Source: Mytilus edulis
Lineage: Eukaryota
Length of the DNA: 64,000 bases
Direction: 5' to 3'
Assembly: GCF_963676685.1 (NCBI RefSeq)
Contig: NC_092345.1
Span: 104,718,001 to 104,782,000, forward strand
A model generated the notes under the pieces. The model was not told the origin of the DNA. It worked only from the letters and a program-made list of their open reading frames with translations, and searched no databases. A program made the translations under genes and the position numbers. This document shows positions 24,901-36,900 of this stretch, one piece after another. Each line of letters starts with the position of its first letter. Positions within the stretch are counted from its first letter, which is position 1.

Positions 24901-27900
24901 AGTTACAATTTATGACAAAAATAAGCAAAGACCCATCGAAACAACATCTGATAAACAAATTTAATAATACTTTTAGATATTTGGATGATATTTTGGCTCT
25001 CAATAATGACGACTTCAGTATGTATATTAATGAAATTTATCCTGTTGAACTTACTTTAAATAAAGCTAATACTAACAATGACCACTGCCCTTTTCTCGAT
25101 CTTGATATCTATATCACTAATGGAAAGCTGAATACTAAAATTTATGATAAAAGGGAGGATTTTTCATTTCCTATCGTTAATTATCCGTTTTTAGATGGTG
25201 ACGTTCCCTTGTCACCATCTTACTGTGTTTATATATCTCAACTTGTACGATTCGCTCGTGTATGTAACAATGTTTTAGATTTTAACGAGAGAAATTTATG
25301 TATTACTGAAAAATTATTACACCAGGGTTTTCGATATCACAAACTAGTCAAAACATTTACTAAATTTTATCATCGGTATAAAGACATTATTCGTAAATAT
25401 AGCTCAACATGCAGACTTTTAATACGTTCAGGTATTTCACATCCAATTTTTTATGGTAATATTCTTTATAAAGCACAAAGGTGTCAGTATTCACCTCAGA
25501 AACTTACAAAACCTTTGAATAGACTTATTAAGAAGGGATATAATTACGATACTGTTGTCAAGTCATTAAAGATTGCATATTTTGGCGTTAATATTGAGTC
25601 ATTGATAAGGTCTTTGCATCGGAACTAAACACATTTATTCTAAAAACAGTTGTTGGCATGACACGGGTTATGTTCTTCTCATATATGTTATGATGGTATG
25701 ATACTAAACCCCTAACGGGAAGGATTGTGCCTGATGTTCATATGATGAAATCATAATCTTTCAGTCAGTTTAGTTGAAGTCTGGAGCTGGCATGTCAGTT
25801 AACTGCTAGTAGTCTGTTGTTATTTATGTATTATTGTCATTTTGTTTATTTTCTTTGGTTACATCTTCTGACATCAGACTCGGATTTCTCTTGAACTGAA
25901 TTTTAATGTGCGTATTGTTATGCGTTTACTTTACTACATTGGTTAGAGGTATAGGGGGAGGGTTGAGATCTCACAAACATGTTTAACCCCGCCGCATTTT
26001 TGCGCCTGTCCCAAGTCAGGAGCCTCTGGCCTTTGTTAGTCTTGTATTATTTTAATTTTAGTTTCTTGTGTACAATTTGGAAATTAGTATGGCGTTCATT
26101 ATCACTGGACTAGTATATATTTGTTTAGGGGCCAGCTGAAGGACGCCTCCGGGTGCGGGAATTTCTCGCTACATTGAAGACCTGTTGGTGACCCTCTGCT
26201 GTTGTTTTTTATTTGGGCGGGTTGTTGTCTCTTTGACACATTCCCCATTTCCATTCTCAATTTTATTACAAATGTACAAACAAACCGCGCGCCGCGATAA
26301 AGTTACTGAGCATTGTCGAAAATGACGTGATTACCACAGCGCTATCCAAAAATCTTGGGGAGAACACTGATTAACCATCGCACTTTAGAGTCCTACATAT
26401 AAAATATATATATATCTTTTAACAGATACATGTACATTCCCACACCATTAAACAAAATAATTTCCACTAACTTCTACTCTACACTAAGTCCAGTTCCAAA
26501 CTGGTCCTTGATTTGACACACAGTTAAGACTCATCATAAAATACATAAACTTTATCCAAAGGTTTTGAGATGTCCACAACCTCTTTTCCCTACTTCATGA
26601 TAGTATTTTTTTCTGATTGTCAAGGAAAACAACTTTCTTTCTGTACATTTTTACACTCCTATGTATGCTACATGTAAATGCATCATGATTCGTCCCCTAA
26701 ATGTTGTCTGTTTGCAGTTATTTTAAATTAAAAAAAGTTGTTGATAACAGTCACACATGTTATATTGTATTATATTAGGAATGTTCCTGTTGATGCTGGA
26801 CACAACTTCTTCTTCACTCAAGAAGCATTCAACAAATATTCTAAGCCAGAAACATATGAAGAGAAGATCAGAAACAGATACGAGTTATTCCCACTAAAAG
26901 ATTCTCATCTTGGTGTGAATTCTAAATCTAAAAAATCAAAGAAAAAAGGGAATGAGAAAAAAACAAAAAGTTGGGATAAGGAAGATAAAGAATCAGTGTA
27001 TAAAGTTCAAACACTCAGTGATGCAAGTGAGGAAGAAGATGAACTCATATTTGATGTGGAAGAAGATTTTGAAGAATTTGGTGTTGTAAAAAAAATTACA
27101 CCAAAACAGAACAAACAAAAGGCTAAATCAAAAGCAAAAAACCAGAAGGTCAAAGACAATGCATTACCTGACACTGAAAAGAAGAAAACTTTGCAGAAAA
27201 ATTATTGTCAACATACTAGTCCTATAGAATCTGATACAGATGAAATAGTGTTACAAAATACAGAGCCTCGTATTGAACATTTAAAAGAGTTTGGTGTAGA
27301 CAAGTCTGATGATACAAGAGAGAAGGAACTCTCAGAACACACTGTGGATATCAATGAAATAGAGGAATTTGGTATTCCTAAAACTATATCAAATCAAAGT
27401 GATATTTTGGAAGGTTCTAAGACAGGAAACCATCAACAGAGTGAGAGTAATAAGGAGCAACAGAAAAGAACAGAAGAATTTCCATGGGACATTAAATCCA
27501 GAGATAGGTTAGTAGTAGTTTCTTTACTGGAAATTATCTAAAGAATGTTTTAAATGACAAAAAAAAGGTTGTTTACCATGCTGATAAAGCCTGCTGTCTG
27601 AAAAGATGAGTAATTGTTTGTAAATGTGGTCATGATTTATATATTATATATAGCTATAATTATTGGTAAACAGTGCTATTTCAAACTCCATGGTTTTATT
27701 TGAAAATAATGGAAAAAATAAGTGAAAACATTTACTTTAATTTATAGAATGAATGACCAATACTTTTTTACGTAGAACTAAAACAAAAATGTAGCTGATT
27801 TCGTATTTATAAGAATTTAGAATTAATTTTTTGGTTTTCTTTAAAAAAAATAATAAAAGGGAAAAAAAAGGTTGATGGGCAACCATTTATATGTTTTTTC

Positions 27901-30900
27901 TTGCCTTTTATCCATGTAAGTTTCTTATTTTAGGAAGAGTGACAAGTCAGATTCACAAATATTCAGATATCAGAACAAGAAATCTAACCTAAACAGTAGA
28001 GAACAGAGCCGTTATCTAAACTTACATCACAAATATATAACATTCACTCCAAAAAATCCATCGGAGAAAGAAAAACGGGAGATGAAAGAATTTACGGTAA
28101 ATGTTGTTATGTTAGCTCAACAATGCAATTTATTCTACTGTATATTATCTGCATTTTTATACGTTGACATTTAACCACCTATATAATGCAACCCATCTAT
28201 ATTATATATACATCACATATGAAAAGATTTTCCAGTTAATGTAAGTTAACAAAATTTTTGCCACAAATAACTTCTTGTGACCCATTGTTTAACTCTTTGT
28301 CCTAAAAATCCTGTTCCTGCTACTAAACTTAAAAAGTTTTAACATTTATTGTGGATGCATAAGAAGTTATATGATGCTGTTACTTATCCATGAAATGGTC
28401 ATGATGGTTAATCAAAAATAGTGAAGCTTTATTTAAAGATGTTCAGATTTCCATTGTTATAAGTTTTAGCTTCCTTGGAGAGAATTCTTATTCAGTTATT
28501 TTATTTTATTTTCAGACTCTGCATGAAAGGGTTATAGAAGAACAAAAGGAATATCAGCAATTTCTAGAAAAACTGGCTCATACCGCAAAATCAGATTATA
28601 ACTATTTAGCACCTGAAGCTGATAGATATTTCAAGGTATTTATTTTTTTACTTGAGGCTGATAGATATCCCAAGATATTTATTTGACACCTGCAGCTGAT
28701 CAATATTTCAAGGTATTTATTTGGTACTTGAGCTTTTCTCATCACTTTTCGTCCGGCATCGTCGTCTGTCGTCGTTAACTTTTACAAAAATCTTCTCCTC
28801 TGAAACTACTGGGCCAAATTGAACCAAACTTAGCCACAATCATCATTGGGGTATCTCGTTTAAAAAATGTGTGGCGTAACCCGGCCAACCAACCAAGACA
28901 GCCGCCGTGGCTAAAAATAAAACATAGGGGAAAATGTAGATTTTGGCTTATAACTCTGAAACCAAAGCATTTAGAGCAAATCTGACATGGGTTAAAATTG
29001 TTTATCAAGTGAAAATCTATCTGCCCTGAAATTTTCAAATGAATCGGACAACCGGTTGTTGGGTTGCTGCCCCTGAATTGGTTATTTTAAGGAAATTTTG
29101 CTGTTTTCGGTTATTACCTTGAATATTATTATAGAGATAAACTGTAAACAGCAATAATGTTCAGCAAAGTAAGATCTACAAATAAGTCAACATGAACAAA
29201 ATGGTCAGTTGACCTCTTAAGGAGTAATTGCCCTTTATAGTCAATTTTTAGCAATTTTCATTAGTTTTTACAAAATGTTTTCCTCTGGAACTAAAGGGCC
29301 AAGTTCATTATAGATAGACAAAATTGTAAGTAGCAAGAATGCTCAGTAAAGAAAGATCTCGAAACAAATCACCATCACCAAAACACAATTTTGTCATGAA
29401 TCCATCCGACGATCTGTTTTCTTTGTTTGATATGCATATATACCAAGGTGAGAGACACATGCTCTTAAGAGCCTCTAGTTGTTTACATGTATGAAATGGA
29501 ATATACTGCCTTCTCCTCTTTCCGGTGTATACCTGATTCCGGTGTAATTTTAAAATCCGGGTTTTTGTTGTCATAAAAGCACGTGCATGGCTCGGAGGTC
29601 GGAGTTTACAGACAACTGGTTCCCCGCTGTATGTCAACGGATGTAAATACGTCAACAGTCTTTATTACAGGTAAACAAATATTTATAAGCTCAACATAGT
29701 CTTTTTTCGTCCATTCTAAAACCATTGATATGCCATGAAATTTCAAGCGATCTAAAAATATTTAATATTCATCCAAAATCAATCTACTGTTATTGATTTA
29801 TCGTCTGCCATGTGCAAATCGTCCCAAACAACAGTCACGTGATAATAAAACGTTCTAATGACTCTGGAAAAATCTATGGAAAGCTTGCTTAACAAAAATG
29901 AACAATTTTACAATACTTTTAGAAAAAGTTATTTATCATTTTTTTATGTAATTGAAAACGATTTCTGTTGATTGAATTCAATTGAAATTTTTATAAATGG
30001 ATACGAAAAGAACATTTACCATAGATTACTGTGCTGAAAAGACAAAATCTTGCACAATGAATATAACAAATGCTGCTATACAGTAGTACAAGTTAAATTA
30101 TTGCAGCTATATATGAGAAAAAAAAAACATTTTGCTAACAATTTGATTCAAAGCAGATTTTAGTTTTTACTGGTAATTGTTTCATGTTTTAAGTGTTTAT
30201 GAGTGTTAATTTTTATTACAGATATCTTCAATTCTGCAGTGATGATTATGAACATTAGTGTTTTGAGAAGAGGGAATAGTTCTTTACGAACGTAAACTGC
30301 AACACAAAACAATATTTTTTCCATTATTCTGATTCAAACAAACACACAATAGTTTTAAAACTGTTTTAAAAATTATCTTTTTTTTATGTATTCAGGTAAT
30401 TTTTCAAATATTGAAAATTTGTGAAATTCATGTTTCCTTATAGACATCCAAATAAATCTATCTTTATGGATTTTTCACAATAAAAGTAAAAAAATAAAAT
30501 AAAAATAATCTTACAATATTTTTTTTTTTTAATTCTTGCACATTTGACTCTGTAAATACTTTTCATCTTGCAAATGTAAATTGTCCTGAATAAAACAATG
30601 TTTTGCTCATTTGTGTTTCTTTACTAGAATATTAAGGTTATTTGATGNNNNNNNNNNNNNNNNNNNNNNNNNNNNNNNNNNNNNNNNNNNNNNNNNNNNN
30701 NNNNNNNNNNNNNNNNNNNNNNNNNNNNNNNNNNNNNNNNNNNNNNNATATATTTGCAATAAATTTCCATCCCCACACTAACACATTTTATGGACATTTT
30801 TAGTTATACACTGATACCAGAGCATATTCTTATATAGTTGGTGTTACACTAGGATACCTAACTTACTACCCACCTTTTTTTCTGTCAGAAGGCAGGAAAG

Positions 30901-33900
30901 AAACATAGAAACATATAACTTTGTTTTGGCCTGAACTATCATAGCACTCATTTTATATTTAGTATGTGATATAATTTATTTATCTTTGCAGGAAAGATTG
31001 GCCATGAAGAAAAAGAGAGTACAGTTGTACCCTCAGTACTACAATGTCTGTGACAAATTAAATCTGGTAACAGCTGGACCTCCATGTCAGTTACTCTTTG
31101 TTATGTCATTACTAGAACTGGTAAGGCCAAACAAATAGTGTTATCTGTGTGTCATGTCATTGTTAGAATTGGTAAGGCCAAACAAATATTGTTATCTGTG
31201 TGTCATGTCATTGTTAGAATTGGTAAGGCCAAACAAATATAATTTACTGTTTGTTATGTCACTGTTAGAACTGGTAAGGCCAAATAAACATTCATCACTG
31301 TTAGTCACTGTGAAGGCCAAACAAACATTCATCACTGTTAGTCACTGGTAAGGCCAAACAAACATTCATCACTGTTAGAACAGGTAAGGCCAAACAAACA
31401 TTCATCACTGTTAGTCACTGGTAAGGCCAAACAAACATCACTGTTAGTCACTGGTAAGGCCAAACAAACATTCATCACTGTTAGAACAGGTAAGGCCAAA
31501 CAAACATTCATCACTGTTAGTCACTGGTAAGGCCAAACAAACATTCATCACTGTTCAAACTGGTAAGGCCAAACAAATATTCATCACTGCTAGTCACGGG
31601 TAAGGCCAAACAAACATCACTGTTAGTCACTGATAAGGCCAAACAAACATTCATCACTGTTAGTCACTGGTAAGGCCAAACAAAAATAATTCACCAATAT
31701 TTATGCCACTGTTAGAACTGATAAGGCCAAACAAACATCATTCACCAATTGTCATGTCATTGTTTGAACTGGTAAGGCCAAACAAATTTTATTCACCATT
31801 TGTCATGTCTTTTTTGGAACAGGTAAAGCCAAAGTAACATTATTTACTATTAGTCATGTCATGGTCAGATAAGAGGCCAAAGATACCAAAGTGACATTTA
31901 AACTCAGAAGTTGAAAATTCAAACTAAGAATGCCATGGCTACAACTAGGAATGCCAAACAAACATTTCGTGGGTTTCTGTTGTTTTCAATTTGTCTGTCA
32001 GTGGGTCTGTCCATCCAAAACTTGTGTATACGCAAGAACTCCAAAAGTATAGGTAAATTTTGCACAGCTGTTGTGTAAATAATATTTTTTGTGAATTTCA
32101 CCACATTATATATATATATATATATAATTAGTTTTTGAAAAAAACTTTGAAATTTGTCTTGTGTAGACTTGGGGTAATTGTAATTGTAATCGGTAATCAG
32201 CTGTAATTGATTACAATTTTTCAAGTAATCAGTGTAATCATTAATCAGCCAAAAATCTGATTACATGTAATTTAATTTAATCAATTACTTTTCAAAATAC
32301 CCTGTAATTATGATTACTTTTTGATTACATTCTGATTACAATGAAAAAAAATCTAAAATTGTGTTTTTGGTCATTAAATGAACCTCTTTGTTATTCATAT
32401 TTGATAAATTTTTAACATACTAAAATGGTTTGGTTACATTAAGCATGTCTACTTTAGTAAAAAATAAACTGTTACAGTATTGAAAAGTCATCATTAGCCT
32501 AAGCAGAGACATATGATACAATTATATACCTTTTATCTTGGTAAAAGATATTGTACATGCATGTATATTCATCGTTTTATAATGATCTTCATATTAATAT
32601 TTGATAATAACTGTTATATTCAAGTAATACTTTTCTTTAACCCTGAATTATAATCTTTTGTTAATTTTTGTGAGTTTTGTCAACTTTGAATTGACAGGAA
32701 GGAGACTAATTAAGGTTTGTTTTTATTGCAATTACCAATTGAGTATAGCTGTAGGGAAATATATATGATAAATGATAAATCAGACATGTTAATCAGCGTT
32801 TTGCATTTGCGCCAATCTGCATTTCATTTGCGCCGATTTTTTCTTTCATTTGCGCCGATTTTTTTTTTCATTTGCGCTGAATTTTACAGGTAAATTACAG
32901 GTGAATAGATATTAGAAGAAGTGGTATGAGTGCCAATGAATGAACTTTCAATCCAAGTCATGTTCTTTTTCATTTATCATTATAGACCTCCTCAGTTAGC
33001 CACTTGTACAAATTTAATGAATTATCAATCATAACTTGTATATAACTGTTGTCCTCTGCTCACCACGGGTAGTGGATGAAGACCTACAAGATACATCTCC
33101 AGACTTTACATTGACTGTACCCGCTGTCTTTCGGACATCTACCACATGGTTATGCTCGTTCTGTGTTTTGACAATAGAAGCCGTGGTGACTCTGGCTGTA
33201 CACGATTTTATGGTACATTAGTAAAATGTGTTTCAGGACACTTATCATCCGATATGTATGGCCCTCGATGATTAAAGAATTGACTCCTCGACTCGTTTCA
33301 GTGTGCAATATGTCTATCATGTTACTATGAAGTTTCAGAACAATATGAATCAAAATTAACATAAATGAACAGCATTTATAACCAGACTTTACCAATAGTA
33401 TAGTACAGTACATAGTACATGTACAAGTATTAACTTACCTGTAAATCTAATTAGGAGCAAATATAAAATCGAAGCAAATGAAAAAATGAAATCGGCGCAA
33501 ATGAAAGAATGAATATTTTCAAAATCGGCGCAAATGTCATACGCCCATGTTAATTTATCTAATTAGCACAAACTAAATTAAAAGTTGGACAAATATATTG
33601 TTTAGAATTTTAAAAAATTGGATTGGACATGTAAAATGCAATGATTTTTAGTACTTGCATATTGTTTACAATTTGGTTAAACATTTCTATTAAAACATAG
33701 TTTTAACCAGTAACTTTATTTCATCCATATATCAGGGTTTAAGCTAGGATTTTGAGGGCTTTAGTCACTTTTGCGTGCTTTTAAAATCAACCTTATTTTG
33801 TGTAAAAGCAAGGAACCAATGATGTATATTACTAGCTTCAGATTTTGACTTTGTCAGATTTTAAGGGATTGAGGCACCAGCATGATTGGCAGTTATTGGA

Positions 33901-36900
33901 TGATTTGACTGTATTGGCCATTATTATGAAAGATTCTGACATGGAATCCAGAAATTTAGTTCACAATTTCTCTTCAGTTTGTTCCAGGGGTCATTCCTCA
34001 TCAACAAAAGTTGGATTCTATTTTTTTAAAACAAGGAATCACAGCAGAAACTAACTTGCAATGATTATTTCACAATTTTCACTCCCTAATCATTATCCTT
34101 ATATAAGGTCTAAATCGATATTTGGAAATAATTTCTATCAAGTTGGAAATGTGTAAATATGATATTTAAACTTCCATAAACTGCAACTTGGAATACATAT
34201 AAATTATGAAAGAGCTCAGAAGACAAACAAAAAACTCTTATGATATATCTTTATTAAATTTAATTCAAAATAATTCAGAGATCATTGGTGATGAAGTGTA
34301 ATGTATATATATGTAGTTAAATTTGGTGTTTATTTAAATAGATGAAGTTTAATTTGAAGTCATCATTTTATAATTGAACCAAATAAAATACTTTCTCAAA
34401 AATGCTATAGTTATATTGAACGTTTATCATTCACATCATTCAAAATGTTTTGTTTTTAAATTCATTGTAATCAGATGTAATCATGATTACTTTGCCAATG
34501 TAATCATTAATTTAATCAGATAATTTCGGAAATGATGTAATCATTAATTTAATTTAATCGTACAAATGACAAATAATTCAAATTTAATCAATTACATTGA
34601 AAGTAAACGGACCCATCTCTGGTCTTGTGTAGAAAAAAAATACTCCAAAAGTTTGCACAGTCGTTGTGCACAATATGTAAATGTGCATATTATATGTTGA
34701 TGAAATTCAGCTCATTAATTTTGCCAATCGTTGTTTTGGATAAAACTTGAAAGGCAAAGCCACAATAAGCAAAGGCTAATAGATGTGGTATTTTCTGAAA
34801 TATACATATACAAGGCAAACAGGTTTATAACTGATTTTGAACAGTAACAAATATTTGTCTACAAAAGATGCGGCCATACAATGTTTTAGATTATGTATAT
34901 ATACCTTTCAGGGAACAGTACCAAAGCTTGTTGTACCAAACATGAATGTAGGAGAAAGACCAAAGATACCACTAGACTATGATTCTATAGCCAAACATTG
35001 TCCATGTGATCACAATATAAAACCTTCCAATGTTTGGAACAATGAGGTAAAATTAGCAATCATGCATTCTTTTAGAATACCCATGTGTATTAATTTTGAA
35101 ATCATTTGAAGCTTTGAATAATTTAGGTACAACTTATTATTCTAAAGCAATAAATCAAAACACAATTTATGTAAAATATACAAATAATGGACAATTCTAT
35201 ATCATAAAATTGATCGAATGTAAAAAATACAAAATGTCTACAAAATTCTGAAAATTTAACTTGCAGCCTTGTAGCAAGGACCAGAACTGTGATGTTTTAT
35301 CTCAGAGATCCAAAGTTCACATCACCATATCAGCCAGTGCAATCGCGTGTATTGTAAATAACCATGCTCCAAACTACAACAGGGAGTGGGAGATACCATT
35401 TACTGTAAAGGATTACCAGCTTCAAGGTATGTATTGGGAAGTTATGGGAGATACCATTTACTCTAAAGGATTACCAGCTTCAAGGTATGTTTTTGGATGC
35501 CATTTGAAACTTCAACACTTCCAGCCATAATACACTTAATGATGTTATAGCTTTTCATTTCAGTCCAATTTTCCGACTTCAACTCTTAAAGCATAATTAA
35601 CTCTCAGAAATGTATCCAGAATATAAAGGAAAACAAATTTCAAAAATATTAATAAGCTGCTTGTTTTTGTCCTTAATAAATGTTTGTAAGTAAAATGATA
35701 ATGTATTCTTACTTTTAGGACATGGAAAAAAACAATGAATCCTAATCTATATTGAAAAACATACAAATTTAGAGAGAAGAATGTTATTTATTTGTAAATA
35801 TAAAAAAGAAGATGTGGTATGATTGTTTATAAGACAACTCTTCACAGGAGAGCAAAGACACAGAAATTAACAATTATAGATCACTGTAAGGCCTTCAACA
35901 ATGAGCAAGACCTCATTTTCAATTTTGCACTACCTGTATCTTGAGACAAACCTCTGTGGTCCATCCTTTTTAATATTAAAAAAAAAAAGATTAAAAAGTA
36001 CATCTGTTAAACTTTTTTTTTTTTTATAGTTTAGATGATTGATCAATTTTTATTTTTTCAGATGGAGATAAAAAGTTTATGCATCGTGTTGTGTACATTG
36101 ATAATCCACTTCCTGCTAAGGAGCTCACAGGGCGAGACAAAAATACAATGTTCTATAAATATGCTTTGCGTTCTCATATGGGGAGACTTAATCAAACAGG
36201 TCACATCTTTACAATGAATCAGAAAATAGAATCAGATTCTACAAGTCCAGAATCCTTAAAGTTACCAAGGAAACAGTCTTCTGTAGAACAGTCGCATCAT
36301 TCAGAAGTGACGGTGCATGACACTGAAAATGTAGCATCTCTGTTGTCACCCATTAAATCACCTACAAATGAACAGAAGAAGAAGATGAACAAAGTGAAAA
36401 GAGGAGAAACGGTCAAAGATTGTGACCAAGTTGAGGGAGATGATCCTTTTGGAATGATGGAAGTTTCCATGGAAGATTTAGAAACATTTGGGATGGATAT
36501 GTCAGCAAACAAAACATTCATGAAACTGGGAGAAAAGAAGAATGTTAAAAGTGTAAAAGAAAATTCACCAGTTGAAGTCTGTTTAGCTGCTGAAAAGAAA
36601 CTTTCAGCTAAAGATAGTTTCACTGTTGGTAAAGCCACTAAAGGCCAAGGGTCAGAGCACAGTGGAACCTTGAAATCAAATGAATTGGATATAAGCAAGG
36701 ATACAGAATTAGTAGATTCAGTGCAAGAAACTTTTTTATCTTCAGATGTGGATTGTAAAACAATGGACCAAGATAAGAGTGAGAAAGAAAAATTAAAACT
36801 GGCAGAAAATGTTCAATCTCCCAAAGTTATAGGAAATGATGAAGAAGTTGGCATTACTGATAAATTAATACCTGATGTCATGTGTGATAAAAAAGTTGAC

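Larger units (their letters stand above)
24752..26266 (+). mobile_element. 5'-truncated Penelope-like retroelement, Naiad-type (RT at C-terminus, no downstream GIY-YIG)
   Basis: RT frame open from 24753, stop at 25628, then a ~640-bp 3' UTR that recurs at 17030-20118 and as short fragments elsewhere. Confidence 0.85.
23618..26369. mobile_element. hAT-like non-autonomous element (middle layer of the nest)
   Basis: TIR CAGTGTTCTCCCCAGG / CTTGGGGAGAACACTG; degenerate TSD gtaaacc/attaacc. Confidence 0.75.
22630..26396. mobile_element. Foldback-like TIR element with subterminal TAAAGTGCGATGG repeats (outer layer of a nest)
   Basis: GTAGGACTATAAAGTGCGATGG ... CCATCGCACTTTAGAGTCCTAC, TA-rich flanks; the right-hand repeat block is interrupted at 23618. 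Confidence 0.8.

Noticed and set aside
25731-25760. Hammerhead ribozyme overlapping the SECIS (CTGATGT...GAAA)
   Set aside because: The core reads CUGAUGU rather than CUGANGA, the second copy reads CTGATTT, and no stem I/III with NUH is found.
29490-30647. Possible further transposon beside the gap
   Set aside because: CpG-richer left end suggests a repeat, but the right end is lost in the N gap and no diagnostic termini or ORF are visible.
31100-31860. Repeat-spacer (CRISPR-like) pattern
   Set aside because: Apparent spacers are related to each other and derive from the exon/intron junction.
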